Source: Eledone cirrhosa (taxonomy: Eukaryota). From it: a DNA stretch of 64,000 nucleotides. The translations under genes were made by a program, and so were the position numbers. Below, one piece after another: positions 13,588-27,700 of the stretch (position 1 is its first letter; the number at the start of each line of letters is the position of its first letter). Under the pieces are notes generated by a model that saw nothing but the letters and a program-made list of their open reading frames with translations, ran no database searches and was not told the origin of the DNA. The stretch is taken from positions 1,736,001 to 1,800,000 of the forward strand of contig OZ024751.1 of the NCBI GenBank assembly GCA_964016885.1. Direction: 5' to 3'.

Positions 13588-16500
13588 GTTGTTGGTGTTG
13601 TTAGTGTTACTGTTGTTGGTGTTGTTGGTGTTACTGTTGTTGGTGTTGTTGGTGTTACTGTTGTTGGTGTTGTTGGTGTTACTGTTGTTGGTGTTGTTAG
13701 TATTACTGTTGTTGGTGTTGGTGGTGTTACTGTTGTTGGTGTTGTTGGTGTTACTGTTGTTGGTGTTGTTAGTATTACTGTTGTTGGTGTTGGTGGTGTT
13801 ACTGTTGTTGGTGTTGTTGGTGTTACTGTTGTTGGTGTTGTTGGTGTTACTGTTGTTGGTGTTGTTAGTGTTACTGTTGTTGGTGTTGTTGGTGTTAATG
13901 TTGTTGGTGTTGGTGGTGTTACTGTTGTTGGTGTTGTTTGTGTTACTGTTGTTGGTGTTGTTTGTGTTACTGTTGTTGGTGTTGGTGGTGTTACTGTTGT
14001 TGGTGTTGTTGGTGTTACTGTTGTTGGTGTTGTTGGTGTTACTGTTGTTGGTGGTGTTGGTGTTACTGTTGTTGGTGTTGTTAGTGTTACTGTTGTTGGT
14101 GTTGTTGGTGTTACTGTTGTTGGTGTTGTTAGTGTTACTGTTGTTGGTGTTGTTTGTGTTATTGTTGTTGTTGTTGGTGGTGTTACTGTTGTTGGTGTTA
14201 CTGTTGTTGGTGTTGTTGGTGTTACTGTTGTTGGTGTTGTTGGTGTTACTGTTGTTGGTGGTGTTGGTGTTACTGTTGTTGGTGTTGTTGGTGTTACTGT
14301 TATTGGTGTTGGTGGTGTTACTGTTGTTGGTGTTGTTGGTGTTACTGTTGTTGGTATTGTTGGTGTTACTGTTGTTGATGTTGTTTGTGTTACTGTTGTT
14401 GATGGTGTTGGTGTTACTGTTGTTGGTGTTGTTAGTGTTACTGTTGTTGCTGATGTTGGTGTTATTGTTGTTGGTGTTGTTGGTGTTGTTGGCTTTACTG
14501 TTGTTGGTGTTGTTGGTGTTACTGTTGATGGTGTTGTTGGTGTTACTGTTGATGGTGTTGTTGGTGTTACTGTTGTTGGTGTTGTTGGTGTTACTGTTGT
14601 TGGTGTTGTTGGTGTTACTGTTGTTGGTGGTGTTGGTGTTACTGTTGTTGGTGTTGTTAGTTTTACTGTTGTTGGTGTTGTTGGTGTTACTTTTGTTGGT
14701 GTTGTTAGTGTTACTGTTGTTGGTGTTGTTTGTGTTATTGTTGTTGGTGTTGGTGGTGTTACTGTTGTTGGTGTCACTGTTGTTGGTGTTGTTGGTGTTA
14801 CTGTTGTTGGTGTTGTTGGTGTTACTGTTGTTGGTGGTGTTGGTGTTACTGTTGTTGGTGTTGTTGGTGTTACTGTTGTTGGTGTTGTTGGTGTTACTGT
14901 TGTTGGTGTTATTAGTGTTACTGTTGTTGGTGTTACTGTTGTTGGTGTTGTTGGTGTTACTGTTGTTGGTGTTGTTGTTGTTGTTGGTGTTACTGTTGTT
15001 GATGTTGTTTGTGTTACTGTTGTTGATGGTGTTGGTGTTACTGTTGTTGGTGTTGTTAGTGTTACTGTTGTTGGTGATGTTGGTGTTACTGTTGTTGGTG
15101 TTGTTAGTGTTACTGTTGTTGGTGTTGTTGGTGTTACTGTTGTTGGTGTTGTTTGTGTTACTGTTGTTGGTGTTGTTGGTGTTACTGTTGTTGGTGTTGT
15201 TGGTGTTACTGTTGTTGGTGTTGTTGGTGTTACTGCTTTGGTGTTGTTGGGGTTACTGTTGTTGGTGTTGTTGGTGTTACTGTTGTTGGTGTTGTTGGTG
15301 TTACTGTTGTTGGTGTTGGTGGTGTTACTGTTGTTGGTGTTGTTGGTGTTACTGTTATTGGTGTTACTGTTGTTGTTGTTGGTGGTGTGACTGTGTTGGT
15401 GTTGTTGGTGTTACTGTTGTTGGTGTTGTTAGTGTTACTGCTGTTGGTGTTGTTAGTGTTATTGTTGTTGGTGTTGTTGGTGTTACTGTTGTTGGTGTTG
15501 TTAGTGTTACTGTTGTTGGTGTTGTTGGTGTTACTGTTGTTGGTGTTGTTGGTGTTACTGTTGTTGGTGTTGTTGGTGTTACTGTTGTTGGTGTTGTTAG
15601 TATTACTGTTGTTGGTGTTGGTGGTGTTACTGTTGTTGGTGTTGTTGGTGTTACTGTTGTTGGTGTTGTTAGTATTACTGTTGTTGGTGTTGGTGGTGTT
15701 ACTGTTGTTGGTGTTGTTGGTGTTACTGTTGTTGGTGTTGTTGGTGTTACTGTTGTTGGTGTTGTTAGTGTTACTGTTGTTGGTGTTGTTGGTGTTAATG
15801 TTGTTGGTGTTGGTGGTGTTACTGTTGTTGGTGTTGTTTGTGTTACTGTTGTTGGTGTTGTTTGTGTTACTGTTGTTGGTGTTGGTGGTGTTACTGTTGT
15901 TGGTGTTGTTGGTGTTACTGTTGTTGGTGTTGTTGGTGTTACTGTTGTTGGTGGTGTTGGTGTTACTGTTGTTGGTGTTGTTAGTGTTACTGTTGTTGGT
16001 GTTGTTGGTGTTACTGTTGTTGGTGTTGTTAGTGTTACTGTTGTTGGTGTTGTTTGTGTTATTGTTGTTGTTGTTGGTGGTGTTACTGTTGTTGGTGTTA
16101 CTGTTGTTGGTGTTGTTGGTGTTACTGTTGTTGGTGTTGTTGGTGTTACTGTTGTTGGTGGTGTTGGTGTTACTGTTGTTGGTGTTGTTGGTGTTACTGT
16201 TATTGGTGTTGGTGGTGTTACTGTTGTTGGTGTTGTTGGTGTTACTGTTGTTGGTATTGTTGGTGTTACTGTTGTTGATGTTGTTTGTGTTACTGTTGTT
16301 GATGGTGTTGGTGTTACTGTTGTTGGTGTTGTTAGTGTTACTGTTGTTGGTGATGTTGGTGTTATTGTTGTTGGTGTTGTTGGTGTTGTTGGCTTTACTG
16401 TTGTTGGTGTTGTTGGTGTTACTGTTGATGGTGTTGTTGGTGTTACTGTTGATGGTGTTGTTGGTGTTACTGTTGTTGTTGTTGTTGGTGTTACTGTTGT

Positions 16501-17410
16501 TGGTGTTGTTGGTGTTACTGTTGTTGGTGGTGTTGGTGTTACTGTTGTTGGTGTTGTTAGTTTTACTGTTGTTGGTGTTGTTGGTGTTACTGTTGTTGGT
16601 GTTGTTAGTGTTACTGTTGTTGGTGTTGTTTGTGTTATTGTTGTTGGTGTTGGTGGTGTTACTGTTGTTGGTGTCACTGTTGTTGGTGTTGTTGGTGTTA
16701 CTGTTGTTGGTGTTGTTGGTGTTACTGTTGTTGGTGGTGTTGGTGTTACTGTTGTTGGTGTTGTTGGTGTTACTGTTGTTGGTGTTGTTGGTGTTACTGT
16801 TGTTGGTGTTATTAGTGTTACTGTTGTTGGTGTTACTGTTGTTGGTGTTGTTGGTGTTACTGTTGTTGGTGTTGTTGTTGTTGTTGGTGTTACTGTTGTT
16901 GATGTTGTTTGTGTTACTGTTGTTGATGGTGTTGGTGTTACTGTTGTTGGTGTTGTTAGTGTTACTGTTGTTGGTGATGTTGGTGTTACTGTTGTTGGTG
17001 TTGTTAGTGTTACTGTTGTTGGTGTTACTGTTGTTGGTGTTGTTTGTGTTACTGTTGTTGGTGTTGTTGGTGTTACTGTTGTTGGTGTTGTTGGTGTTAC
17101 TGTTGTTGGTGTTGTTGGTGTTACTGCTTTGGTGTTGTTGGGGTTACTGTTGTTGGTGTTGTTGGTGTTACTGTTGTTGGTGTTGTTGGTGTTACTGTTG
17201 TTGGTGTTGGTGGTGTTACTGTTGTTGGTGTTGTTGGTGTTACTGTTATTGGTGTTACTGTTGTTGTTGTTGGTGGTGTGACTGTGTTGGTGTTGTTGGT
17301 GTTACTGTTGTTGGTGTTGTTGGTGTTACTGCTGTTGGTGTTGTTAGTGTTATTGTTGTTGGTATTGTTGGTGTTACTGTTGTTGGTGTTGTTAGTGTTA
17401 CTGTTGTTGG
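13588..17410. repeat. Tandem duplication of a ~1.9-kb block (offset 1,900, then 1,891 after a 9-bp loss)
   Basis: Identical ORFs at 14154/16054 and 14730/16630, GTCACT at ~14773/16673, and 15153/17044 after the 9-bp loss. Confidence 0.9.
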
Positions 17411-19980
17411 TGTTGTTATTGTTACTGTTGTTGGTGTTGCTGGTGTTACTGTTGTTGGTGTTGTTGGTGTTACTGCTGTTGGTGTTGTTGGTGTTACTGT
17501 TGTTGGTGTTGTTGGTGTTACTGTTGTTGGTGTTATTAGTGTTACTGTTGTTGGTGTTGTTAGTGTTACTGTTGTTGGTGTTGTTGGTGTTAATGTTGTT
17601 GGTGTTGTTGGTGTTACTGTTGTTGGTATCGTTGGTGTTACTGTTGTTGGTGTTGTTAGTGTTACTGTTGTTGGTGTTGTTGGTGTTACTGTTGTTGGTG
17701 TTGTTAGTGTTACTGTTGTTGGTGTTGTTTTTGTTGGTGTTGGTGGTGTTGGTGTTACTGTTGTTGGTGTTGGTGGTCTTACTGTTGTTGGTGTTGTTGG
17801 TGTTACTGTTGTTGGTGTTGTTTTTGTTGGTGTTGGTGGTGTTGGTGTTACTGTTGTTGGTGTTGGTGGTCTTACTGTTGTTGGTGTTGTTGGTGTTACT
17901 GTTGTTGGTGTTGTTGGTGTTACTGTTGTTGGTGTTGTTGGTGTTACTGTCGTTGGTGTTGTTGGCGTTACTGTTGTTGGTGTTGTTTTTGTTGGTGTTT
18001 GTGGTGTTGGTTTTACTGTTGTTGGTGTTGTTGGTGTTACCGTTGTTGGTGTTGGTGGTCTTACTGTTGTTGGTGTTGTTGGTATTACTGTTGTTGGTGT
18101 TGTTGGTGTTACTGTTGTTGGTGTTATTGGTGTTACTGTTGTTGGTGTTGGTTTTACTGTTGTTGGTGTTGTTGGTGTTACTGTTGATGGTGTTGTTGGT
18201 GTTACTGTTGTTGGTGTTGTTGGTGTTACTGTTGTTGGTGTTGTTGGTGTTACTGTTGTTGGTGTTGGTGTTACTGTTGTTGGTGTTGTTAGTGTTACTG
18301 TTGTTGGTGTTGGTGTTGGTGTTACTGTTGTTGGTGTTGTTGGTGTTACTGTTGTGGTGTTGTTAGTGTTACTGTTGTTGGTGGTGTTAGTGTTACTGTT
18401 GTTGTTTTTGTTGGTGTTACTGTTGTTGGTGTTGTCAGTGTTACTGTTGTTGGTGTTGTTAGTGTTACTGTTGTTGGTTTTGTTGGTGTTACTGTTGTTG
18501 GTGTTGTTGGTCTTAATGTTGTTGGTGATGTTGGTGTTACTGTTGTTGGTGTTGTTGGTTTTACTGTTGTTGGTGTTGTTGGTGTTACTGTTGTTGGTGT
18601 TGTTGGTGTTACTGTTATTGGTGTTACTGTTGTTGTTGTTGGTGGTGTGACTGTGTTGGTGTTGTTGGTGTTACTGTTGTTGGTGTTGTTAGTGTTACTG
18701 CTGTTGGTGTTGTTAGTGTTATTGTTGTTGGTGTTGTTGGTGTTACTGTTGTTGGTGTTGTTAGTGTTACTGTTGTTGGTGTTGTTATTGTTACTGTTGT
18801 TGGTGTTGCTGGTGTTACTGTTGTTGGTGTTGTTGGTGTTACTGCTGTTGGTGTTGTTGGTGTTACTGTTGTTGGTGTTGTTGGTGTTACTGTTGTTGGT
18901 GTTATTAGTGTTACTGTTGTTGGTGTTGTTAGTGTTACTGTTGTTGGTGTTGTTGGTGTTAATGTTGTTGGTGTTGTTGGTGTTACTGTTGTTGGTATCG
19001 TTGGTGTTACTGTTGTTGGTGTTGTTAGTGTTACTGTTGTTGGTGTTGTTGGTGTTACTGTTGTTGGTGTTGTTAGTGTTACTGTTGTTGGTGTTGTTTT
19101 TGTTGGTGTTGGTGGTGTTGGTGTTACTGTTGTTGGTGTTGGTGGTCTTACTGTTGTTGGTGTTGTTGGTGTTACTGTTGTTGGTGTTGTTTTTGTTGGT
19201 GTTGGTGGTGTTGGTGTTACTGTTGTTGGTGTTGGTGGTCTTACTGTTGTTGGTGTTGTTGGTGTTATGTTGTTGGTGTTGTTGGTGTTACTGTTGTTGG
19301 TGTTGTTGGTGTTACTGTTGTTGGTGTTGTTGGCGTTACTGTTGTTGGTGTTACTGTTGTTGGTGTTGTTTTTGTTGGTGTTTGTGGTGTTGGTTTTACT
19401 GTTGTTGGTGTTGTTGGTGTTACCGTTGTTGGTGTTGGTGGTCTTACTGTTGTTGGTGTTGTTGGTATTACTGTTGTTGGTGTTGTTGGTGTTACTGTTG
19501 TTGGTGTTATTGGTGTTACTGTTGTTGGTGTTGGTTTTACTGTTGTTGGTGTTGTTGGTGTTACTGTTGATGGTGTTGTTGGTGTTACTGTTGTTGGTGT
19601 TGTTGGTGTTACTGTTGATGGTGTTGTTGGTGTTACTGTTGTTGGTGTTGGTGTTACTGTTGTTGGTGTTGTTAGTGTTACTGTTGTTGGTGTTGGTGTT
19701 GGTGTTACTGTTGTTGGTGTTGTTGGTGTTACTGTTGTGGTGTTGTTAGTGTTACTGTTGTTGGTGGTGTTAGTGTTACTGTTGTTGTTTTTGTTGGTGT
19801 TACTGTTGTTGGTGTTGTCAGTGTTACTGTTGTTGGTGTTGTTAGTGTTACTGTTGTTGGTTTTGTTGGTGTTACTGTTGTTGGTGTTGTTGGTCTTAAT
19901 GTTGTTGGTGATGTTGGTGTTACTGTTGTTGGTGTTGTTGGTTTTACTGTTGTTGGTGTTGTTGGTGTTACTGTTGTTGG
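17220..19980. repeat. Tandem duplication of a ~1.37-kb block (offset 1,369, later 1,383)
   Basis: GTGACTGTG at 17278/18647, ATC at 17628/18997, the rare GTTTGTGGT at ~17997/19380, and stops at 18366/19749. Confidence 0.85.
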
Positions 19981-22900
19981 TGTTGTTGGTTTTACTGTTG
20001 TTGGTGTTGTTGGTGTTACTGTTGTTGGTGTTGTTGGTGTTACTGTTGTTGGTGTTGTTAGTATTACTGTTGTTGGTGTTGGTGGTGTTACTGTTGTTGG
20101 TGTTGTTGGTGTTACTGTTGTTGGTGTTGTTGGTGTTACTGTTGTTGGTGTTGTTAGTGTTACTGTTGTTGGTGTTGTTGGTGTTACTGTTGTTGGTGTT
20201 GTTGGTGTTACTGTTGTTGGTGTTGTTGGTGTTACTGTTGTTGGTGTTGTTAGTATTACTGTTGTTGGTGTTGGTGGTGTTACTGTTGTTGGTGTTGTTG
20301 GTGTTACTGTTGTTGGTGTTGTTAGTATTACTGTTGTTGGTGTTGGTGGTGTTACTGTTGTTGGTGTTGTTGGTGTTACTGTTGTTGGTGTTGTTGGTGT
20401 TACTGTTGTTGGTGTTGTTAGTGTTACTGTTGTTGGTGTTGTTGGTGTTAATGTTGTTGGTGTTGGTGGTGTTACTGTTGTTGGTGTTGTTTGTGTTACT
20501 GTTGTTGGTGTTGTTTGTGTTACTGTTGTTGGTGTTGGTGGTGTTACTGTTGTTGGTGTTGTTGGTGTTACTGTTGTTGGTGTTGTTTGTGTTACTGTTG
20601 TTGGTGTTGTTTGTGTTACTGTTGTTGGTGTTGGTGGTGTTACTGTTGTTGGTGTTGTTGGTGTTACTGTTGTTGGTGTTGTTGGTGTTACTGTTGTTGG
20701 TGGTGTTGGTGTTACTGTTGTTGGTGTTGTTAGTGTTACTGTTGTTGGTGTTGTTGGTGTTACTGTTGTTGGTGTGGTTAGTGTTAATGTTGTTGGTGTT
20801 GTTTGTGTTATTGTTGTTGGTGTTGGTGGTGTTAATGTTGTTGGTGTTACTGTTGTTGGTGTTGTTGGTGTTACTGTTGTTGGTGTTGTTGGTGTTACTG
20901 TTGTTGGTGGTGTTGGTGTTACTGTTGTTGGTGTTGTTGGTGTTACTGTTATTGGTGTTGGTGGTGTTACTGTTGTTGGTGTTGTTGGTGTTACTGTTGT
21001 TGGTATTGTTGGTGTTACTGTTGTTGATGTTGTTTGTGTTACTGTTGTTGATGGTGTTGGTGTTACTGTTGTTGGTGTTGTTAGTGTTACTGTTGTTGGT
21101 GATGTTGGTGTTACTGTTGTTGGTGTTGTTAGTGTTGTTGGTGTTACTGTTGTTGGTGTTGTTTGTGTTACTGTTGTTGGTGTTGTTGGTGTTACTGTTA
21201 TTGGTGTTATTAGTGTCACTGTTGTTGGTGTTGTTAGTGTTACTCTTGTTGGTGTTGTTGGTGTTAATGTTGTTGGTGTTGTTGGTGTTACTGTTGTTGG
21301 TATCGTTGGTGTTACTGTTGTTGGTGTTGTTAGTGTTACTGTTGTTGGTGTTGTTGGTGTTACTGTTGTTGGTGTTGTTAGTGTTACTGTTGTTGGTGTT
21401 GTTTTTGTTGGTGTTGGTGGTGTTGGTGTTACTGTTGTTGGTGTTGGTGGTCTTACTGTTGTTGGTGTTGTTGGTGTTACTGTTGTTGGTGTTGTTTTTG
21501 TTGGTGTTGGTGGTGTTGGTGTTACTGTTGTTGGTGTTGGTGGTCTTACTGTTGTTGGTGTTGTTGGTGTTACTGTTGTTGGTGTTGTTGGTGTTACTGT
21601 TGTTTGTGTTGTTGGTGTTACTGTTGTTGGTGTTGTTGGCGTTACTGTTGTTGGTGTTACTGTTGTTGGTGTTGTTTTTGTTGGTGTTGGTGGTGTTGGT
21701 TTTACTGTTGTTGGTGTTGTTGGTGTTACCGTTGTTGGTGTTGGTGGTCTTACTGTTGTTGGTGTTGTTGGTATTACTGTTGTTGGTGTTGTTGGTGTTA
21801 CTGTTGTTGGTGTTATTGGTGTTACTGTTGTTGGTGTTGGTTTTACTGTTGTTGGTGTTGTTGGTGTTACTGTTGATGGTGTTGTTGGTGTTACTGTTGT
21901 TGGTGTTGTTGGTGTTACTGTTGTTGGTGTTGTTGGTGTTACTGTTGTTGGTGTTGGTGTTACTGTTGTTGGTGTTGTTAGTGTTACTGTTGTTGGTGTT
22001 GGTGTTGGTGTTACTGTTGTTGGTGTTGTTGGTGTTACTGTTGTTGGTGTTGTTGGTGTTACTGTTGTGGTGTTGTTAGTGTTACTGTTGTTGGTGGTGT
22101 TAGTGTTACTGTTGTTGGTGTTGTTGGTTTTACTGTTGTTGGTGTTGTTGGTGTTACTGTTGTTGGTGTTGTTGGTGTTACTGTTGTTGGTGTTGTTAGT
22201 ATTACTGTTGTTGGTGTTGGTGGTGTTACTGTTGTTGGTGTTGTTGGTGTTACTGTTGTTGGTGTTGTTGGTGTTACTGTTGTTGGTGTTGTTAGTGTTA
22301 CTGTTGTTGGTGTTGTTGGTGTTACTGTTGTTGGTGTTGTTGGTGTTAATGTTGTTGGTGTTGTTGGTGTTACTGTTGTTGGTGTTGTTAGTATTACTGT
22401 TGTTGGTGTTGGTGGTGTTACTGTTGTTGGTGTTGTTGGTGTTACTGTTGTTGGTGTTGTTAGTATTACTGTTGTTGGTGTTGGTGGTGTTACTGTTGTT
22501 GGTGTTGTTGGTGTTACTGTTGTTGGTGTTGTTGGTGTTACTGTTGTTTGTGTTGTTGGTGTTAATGTTGTTGGTGTTGGTGGTGTTACTGTTGTTGGTG
22601 TTGTTTGTGTTACTGTTGTTGGTGTTGTTTGTGTTACTGTTGTTGGTGTTGGTGGTGTTACTGTTGTTGGTGTTGTTGGTGTTACTGTTGTTGGTGTTGT
22701 TGGTGTTACTGTTGTGGGTGTTGTTTGTGTTACTGTTGTTGGTGTTGTTTGTGTTACTGTTGTTGGTGTTGGTGGTGTTACTGTTGTTGGTGTTGTTGGT
22801 GTTACTGTTGTTGGTGTTGTTGGTGTTACTGTTGTTGGTGGTGTTGGTGTTACTTTTGTTGGTGTTGTTAGTATTACTGTTGTTGGTGTTGTTTGTGTTA

Positions 22901-24768
22901 CTGTTGTTGGTGTTGGTGGTGTTACTGTTGTTGGTGTTGTTGGTGTTACTGTTGTTGGTGTTGTTGGTGTTACTGTTGTTGGTGGTGTTGGTGTTACTGT
23001 TGTTGGTGTTGTTAGTGTTACTGTTGTTGGTGTTGTTGGTGTTACTGTTGTTGGTGTTGTTAGTGTTACTGTTGTTGGTGTTGTTTGTGTTATTGTTGTT
23101 GGTGTTGGTGGTGTTACTGTTGTTGGTGTTACTGTTGTTGGTGTTGTTGGTGTTACTGTTGTTGGTGTTGTTGGTGTTACTGTTGTTGGTGGTGTTGGTG
23201 TTACTGTTGTTGGTGTTGTTGGTGTTACTGTTATTGGTGTTGGTGGTGTTACTGTTGTTGGTGTTGTTGGTGTTACTGTTGTTGGTATTGTTGGTGTTAC
23301 TGTTGTTGATGTTGTTTGTGTTACTGTTGTTGATGGTGTTGGTGTTACTGTTGTTGGTGTTGTTAGTGTTACTGTTGTTGGTGATGTTGGTGTTACTGTT
23401 GTTGGTGTTGTTAGTGTTGTTGGTGTTACTGTTGTTGGTGTTGTTTGTGTTACTGTTGTTGGTGTTGTTGGTGTTACTGTTGTTGGTGTTATTAGTGTTA
23501 CTGTTGTTGGTGTTGTTAGTGTTACTGTTGTTGGTGTTGTTGGTGTTAATGTTGTTGGTGTTGTTGGTGTTACTGTTGTTGGTATCGTTGGTGTTACTGT
23601 TGTTGGTGTTGTTAGTGTTACTGTTGTTGGTGTTGTTGGTGTTACTGTTGTTGGTGTTGTTAGTGTTACTGTTGTTGGTGTTGTTTTTGTTGGTGTTGGT
23701 GGTGTTGGTGTTACTGTTGTTGGTGTTGTTAGTGTTACTTTTGTTGGTGTTGTTGGTGTTACTGTTGTTGGTGTTGTTGGTGTTACTGTTGTTGGTGTTG
23801 TTGGCGTTACTGTTGTTGGTGTTACTGTTGTTGGTGTTGTTTTTGTTGGTGTTGGTGGTGTTGGTTTTACTGTTGTTGGTGTTGTTGGTGTTACCGTTGT
23901 TGGTGTTGGTGGTCTTACTGTTGTTGGTGTTGTTGGTATTACTGTTGTTGGTGTTGTTGGTGTTACTGTTGTTGGTGTTATTGGTGTTACTGTTGTTGGT
24001 GTTGGTTTTACTGTTGTTGGTGTTGTTGGTGTTACTGTTGATGGTGTTGTTGGTGTTACTGTTGTTGGTGTTGTTGGTGTTACTGTTGTTGGTGTTGTTG
24101 GTGTTACTGTTGTTGGTGTTGGTGTTACTGTTGTTGGTGTTGTTAGTGTTACTGTTGTTGGTGTTGGTGTTGGTGTTACTGTTGTTGGTGTTGTTGGTGT
24201 TACTGTTGTTGGTGTTGTCAGTGTTACTGTTGTTGGTGTTGTTAGTGTTACTGTTGATGGTTTTGTTGGTGTTACTGTTGTTGGTGTTGTTGGTCTTAAT
24301 GTTGTTGGTGATGTTGGTGTTACTGTTGTTGGTGTTGTTGGTTTTACTGTTGTTGGTGTTGTTGGTGTTACTGGTGTTGGTGTTGTTGGTTTTACTGTTG
24401 TTGGTGTTGTTGGTGTTACTGTTGTTGGTGTTGTTGGTGTTACTGTTGTTGGTGTTGTTAGTATTACTGTTGTTGGTGTTGGTGGTGTTACTGTTGTTGG
24501 TGTTGTTGGTGTTACTGTTGTTGGTGTTGTTGGTGTTACTGTTGTTGGTGTTGTTAGTGTTACTGTTGTTGGTGTTGTTGGTGTTACTGTTGTTGGTGTT
24601 GTTGGTGTTACTGTTGTTGGTGTTGTTGGTGTTACTGTTGTTGGTGTTGTTAGTATTACTGTTGTTGGTGTTGGTGGTGTTACTGTTGTTGGTGTTGTTG
24701 GTGTTACTGTTGTTGGTGTTGTTAGTATTACTGTTGTTGGTGTTGGTGGTGTTACTGTTGTTGGTGTT

Positions 24769-27700
24769 GTTGGTGTTACTGTTGTTGGTGTTGTTGGTGT
24801 TACTGTTGTTGGTGTTGTTAGTGTTACTGTTGTTGGTGTTGTTGGTGTTAATGTTGTTGGTGTTGGTGGTGTTACTGTTGTTGGTGTTGTTTGTGTTACT
24901 GTTGTTGGTGTTGTTTGTGTTACTGTTGTTGGTGTTGGTGGTGTTACTGTTGTTGGTGTTGTTGGTGTTACTGTTGTTGGTGTTGTTGGTGTTACTGTTG
25001 TTGGTGTTGTTTGTGTTACTGTTGTTGGTGTTGTTTGTGTTACTGTTGTTGGTGTTGGTGGTGTTACTGTTGTTGGTGTTGTTGGTGTTACTCTTGTTGG
25101 TGTTGTTGGTGTTACTGTTGTTGGTGGTGTTGGTGTTACTGTTGTTGGTGTTGTTAGTGTTACTGTTGTTGGTGTTGTTGGTGTTACTGTTGTTGGTGTT
25201 GTTAGTGTTACTGTTGTTGGTGTTGTTTGTGTTATTGTTGTTGGTGTTGGTGGTGTTACTGTTGTTGGTGTTACTGTTGTTGGTGTTGTTGGTGTTACTG
25301 TTGTTGGTGTTGTTGGTGTTACTGTTGTTGGTGGTGTTGGTGTTACTGTTGTTGGTGTTGTTGGTGTTACTGTTATTGGTGTTGGTGGTGTTACTGTTGT
25401 TGGTGTTGTTGGTGTTACTGTCGTTGGTAATGTTGGTGTTACTGTTGTTGATGTTGTTTGTGTTACTGTTGTTGATGGTGTTGGTGTTACTGTTGTTGGT
25501 GTTGTTAGTGTTACTGTTGTTGGTGATGTTGGTGTTACTGTTGTTGGTGTTGTTAGTGTTGTTGGTGTTACTGTTGTTGGTGTTGTTTGTGTTACTGTTG
25601 TTGGTGTTGTTGGTGTTACTGTTGTTGGTGTTGTTGGTGTTACTGTTGTTGGTGTTGTTGGTGTTACTGCTTTGGTGTTGTTGGGGTTACTGTTGTTGGT
25701 GTTGTTGGTGTTACTGTTGTTGGTGTTGTTGGTGTTACTGTTGTTGGTGTTGGTGGTGTTACTGTTGTTGGTGTTGTTGGTGTTACTGTTATTGGTGTTA
25801 CTGTTGTTGGTGTTGGTGGTGTGACTGTTGTTGGTGTTGTTGGTGTTACTGTTGTTGGTGTTGTTAGTGTTACTGTTGTTGGTGTTGTTAGTGTTATTGT
25901 TGTTGGTGTTGTTGGTGTTACTGTTGTTGGTGTTGTTAGTGTTACTGTTGTTGGTGTTGTTATTGTTACTGTTGTTGGTGTTGCTGGTGTTACTGTTGTT
26001 GGTGTTGTTGGTGTTACTGCTGTTGGTGTTGTTGGTGTTACTGTTGTTGGTGTTGTTGGTGTTACTGGTGTTGGTGTTATTAGTGTTACTGTTGTTGGTG
26101 TTGTTAGTGTTACTCTTGTTGGTGTTGTTGGTGTTAATGTTGTTGGTGTTGTTGGTGTTACTGTTGTTGGTATTGTTGGTGTTACTGTTGTTGGTGTTGT
26201 TAGTGTTACTGTTGTTGGTGTTGTTGGTGTTACTGTTGTTGGTGTTGTTAGTGTTACTGTTGTTGGTGTTGTTTTTGTTGGTGTTGGTGGTGTTGGTGTT
26301 ACTGTTGTTGGTGTTGGTGGTCTTACTGTTGTTGGTGTTGTTGGTGTTAATGTTGTTGGTGTTGTTTTTGTTGGTGTTGGTGTTACTGTTGTTGGTGTTG
26401 GTGGTCTTACTGTTGTTGGTGTTGTTGGTGTTACTGTTGTTGGTGTTGTTGGCGTTACTGTTGTTGGTGTTACTGTTGTTGGTGTTGTTTTTGTTGGTGT
26501 TGGTGGTGTTGGTTTTACTGTTGTTGGTGTTGTTGGTGTTACGGCTGTTGGTGTTGTTGGTGTTACTGTTGTTGGTGTTGTTAGTGTTACTGTTGTTGGT
26601 GTTGGAGTTACTGTTGTTGGTTTTGTTTGTATTACTGTTGTTGGTGTTGTTGGTGTTGTTGGTGTTACTGTTGTTGGTGTTGGTGGTCTTACTGTTGTTG
26701 GTGTTGTTGGTATTACTGTTGTTGGTGTTGTTGGTGTTATTGTTGTTGGTGTTGTTGGTGTTGTTGGCTTTACTGTTGTTGGTGTTGTTGGTGTTACTGT
26801 TGATGGTGTTGTTGGTGTTACTGTTGTTGGTGTTGTTGGTGTTACTGTTGTTGGTGTTGTTGGTGTTACTGTTGTTGGTGTTGGTGGTCTTACTGTTGTT
26901 GGTGTTGTTGGTGTTACTGTTGTTGGTGTTGTTGGCGTTACTGTTGTTGGTGTTACTGTTGTTGGTGTTGTTTTTGTTGGTGTTGGTGGTGTTGGTTTTA
27001 CTGTTGTTGGTGTTGTTGGTGTTACGGCTGTTGGTGTTGTTGGTGTTACTGTTGTTGGTGTTGTTAGTGTTACTGTTGTTGGTGTTGGAGTTACTGTTGT
27101 TGGTTTTGTTTGTATTACTGTTGTTGGTGTTGTTGGTGTTGTTGGTGTTACTGTTGTTGGTGTTGGTGGTCTTACTGTTGTTGGTGTTGTTGGTATTACT
27201 GTTGTTGGTGTTGTTGGTGTTATTGTTGTTGGTGTTGTTGGTGTTGTTGGCTTTACTGTTGTTGGTGTTGTTGGTGTTACTGTTGATGGTGTTGTTGGTG
27301 TTACTGTTGTTGGTGTTGTTGGTGTTACTGTTGTTGGTGTTGTTGGTGTTACTGTTGTTGGTGTTGGTGTTACTGTTGTTGGTGTTGTTAGTGTTACTGT
27401 TGTTGGTGTTGGTGTTGGTGTTACTGTTGTTGGTGTTGTTGGTGTTACTGTTGTTGGTGTTGTTGGTGTTACTGTTGTGGTGTTGTTAGTGTTACTGTTG
27501 TTGGTGTTGTTAGTGTTACTGTTGTTGGTTTTGTTGGTGTTACTGTTGTTGGTGTTGTCAGTGTTACTGTTGTTGGTGTTGTTAGTGTTACTGTTGTTGG
27601 TGTTGTTGGTGTTACTGTTGTTGGTGTTGTTGGTCTTACTGTTGTTGGTGATGTTGGAGTTACTGTTGTTGGTGTTGTTGGTTTTACTGTTGTTGGTGTT

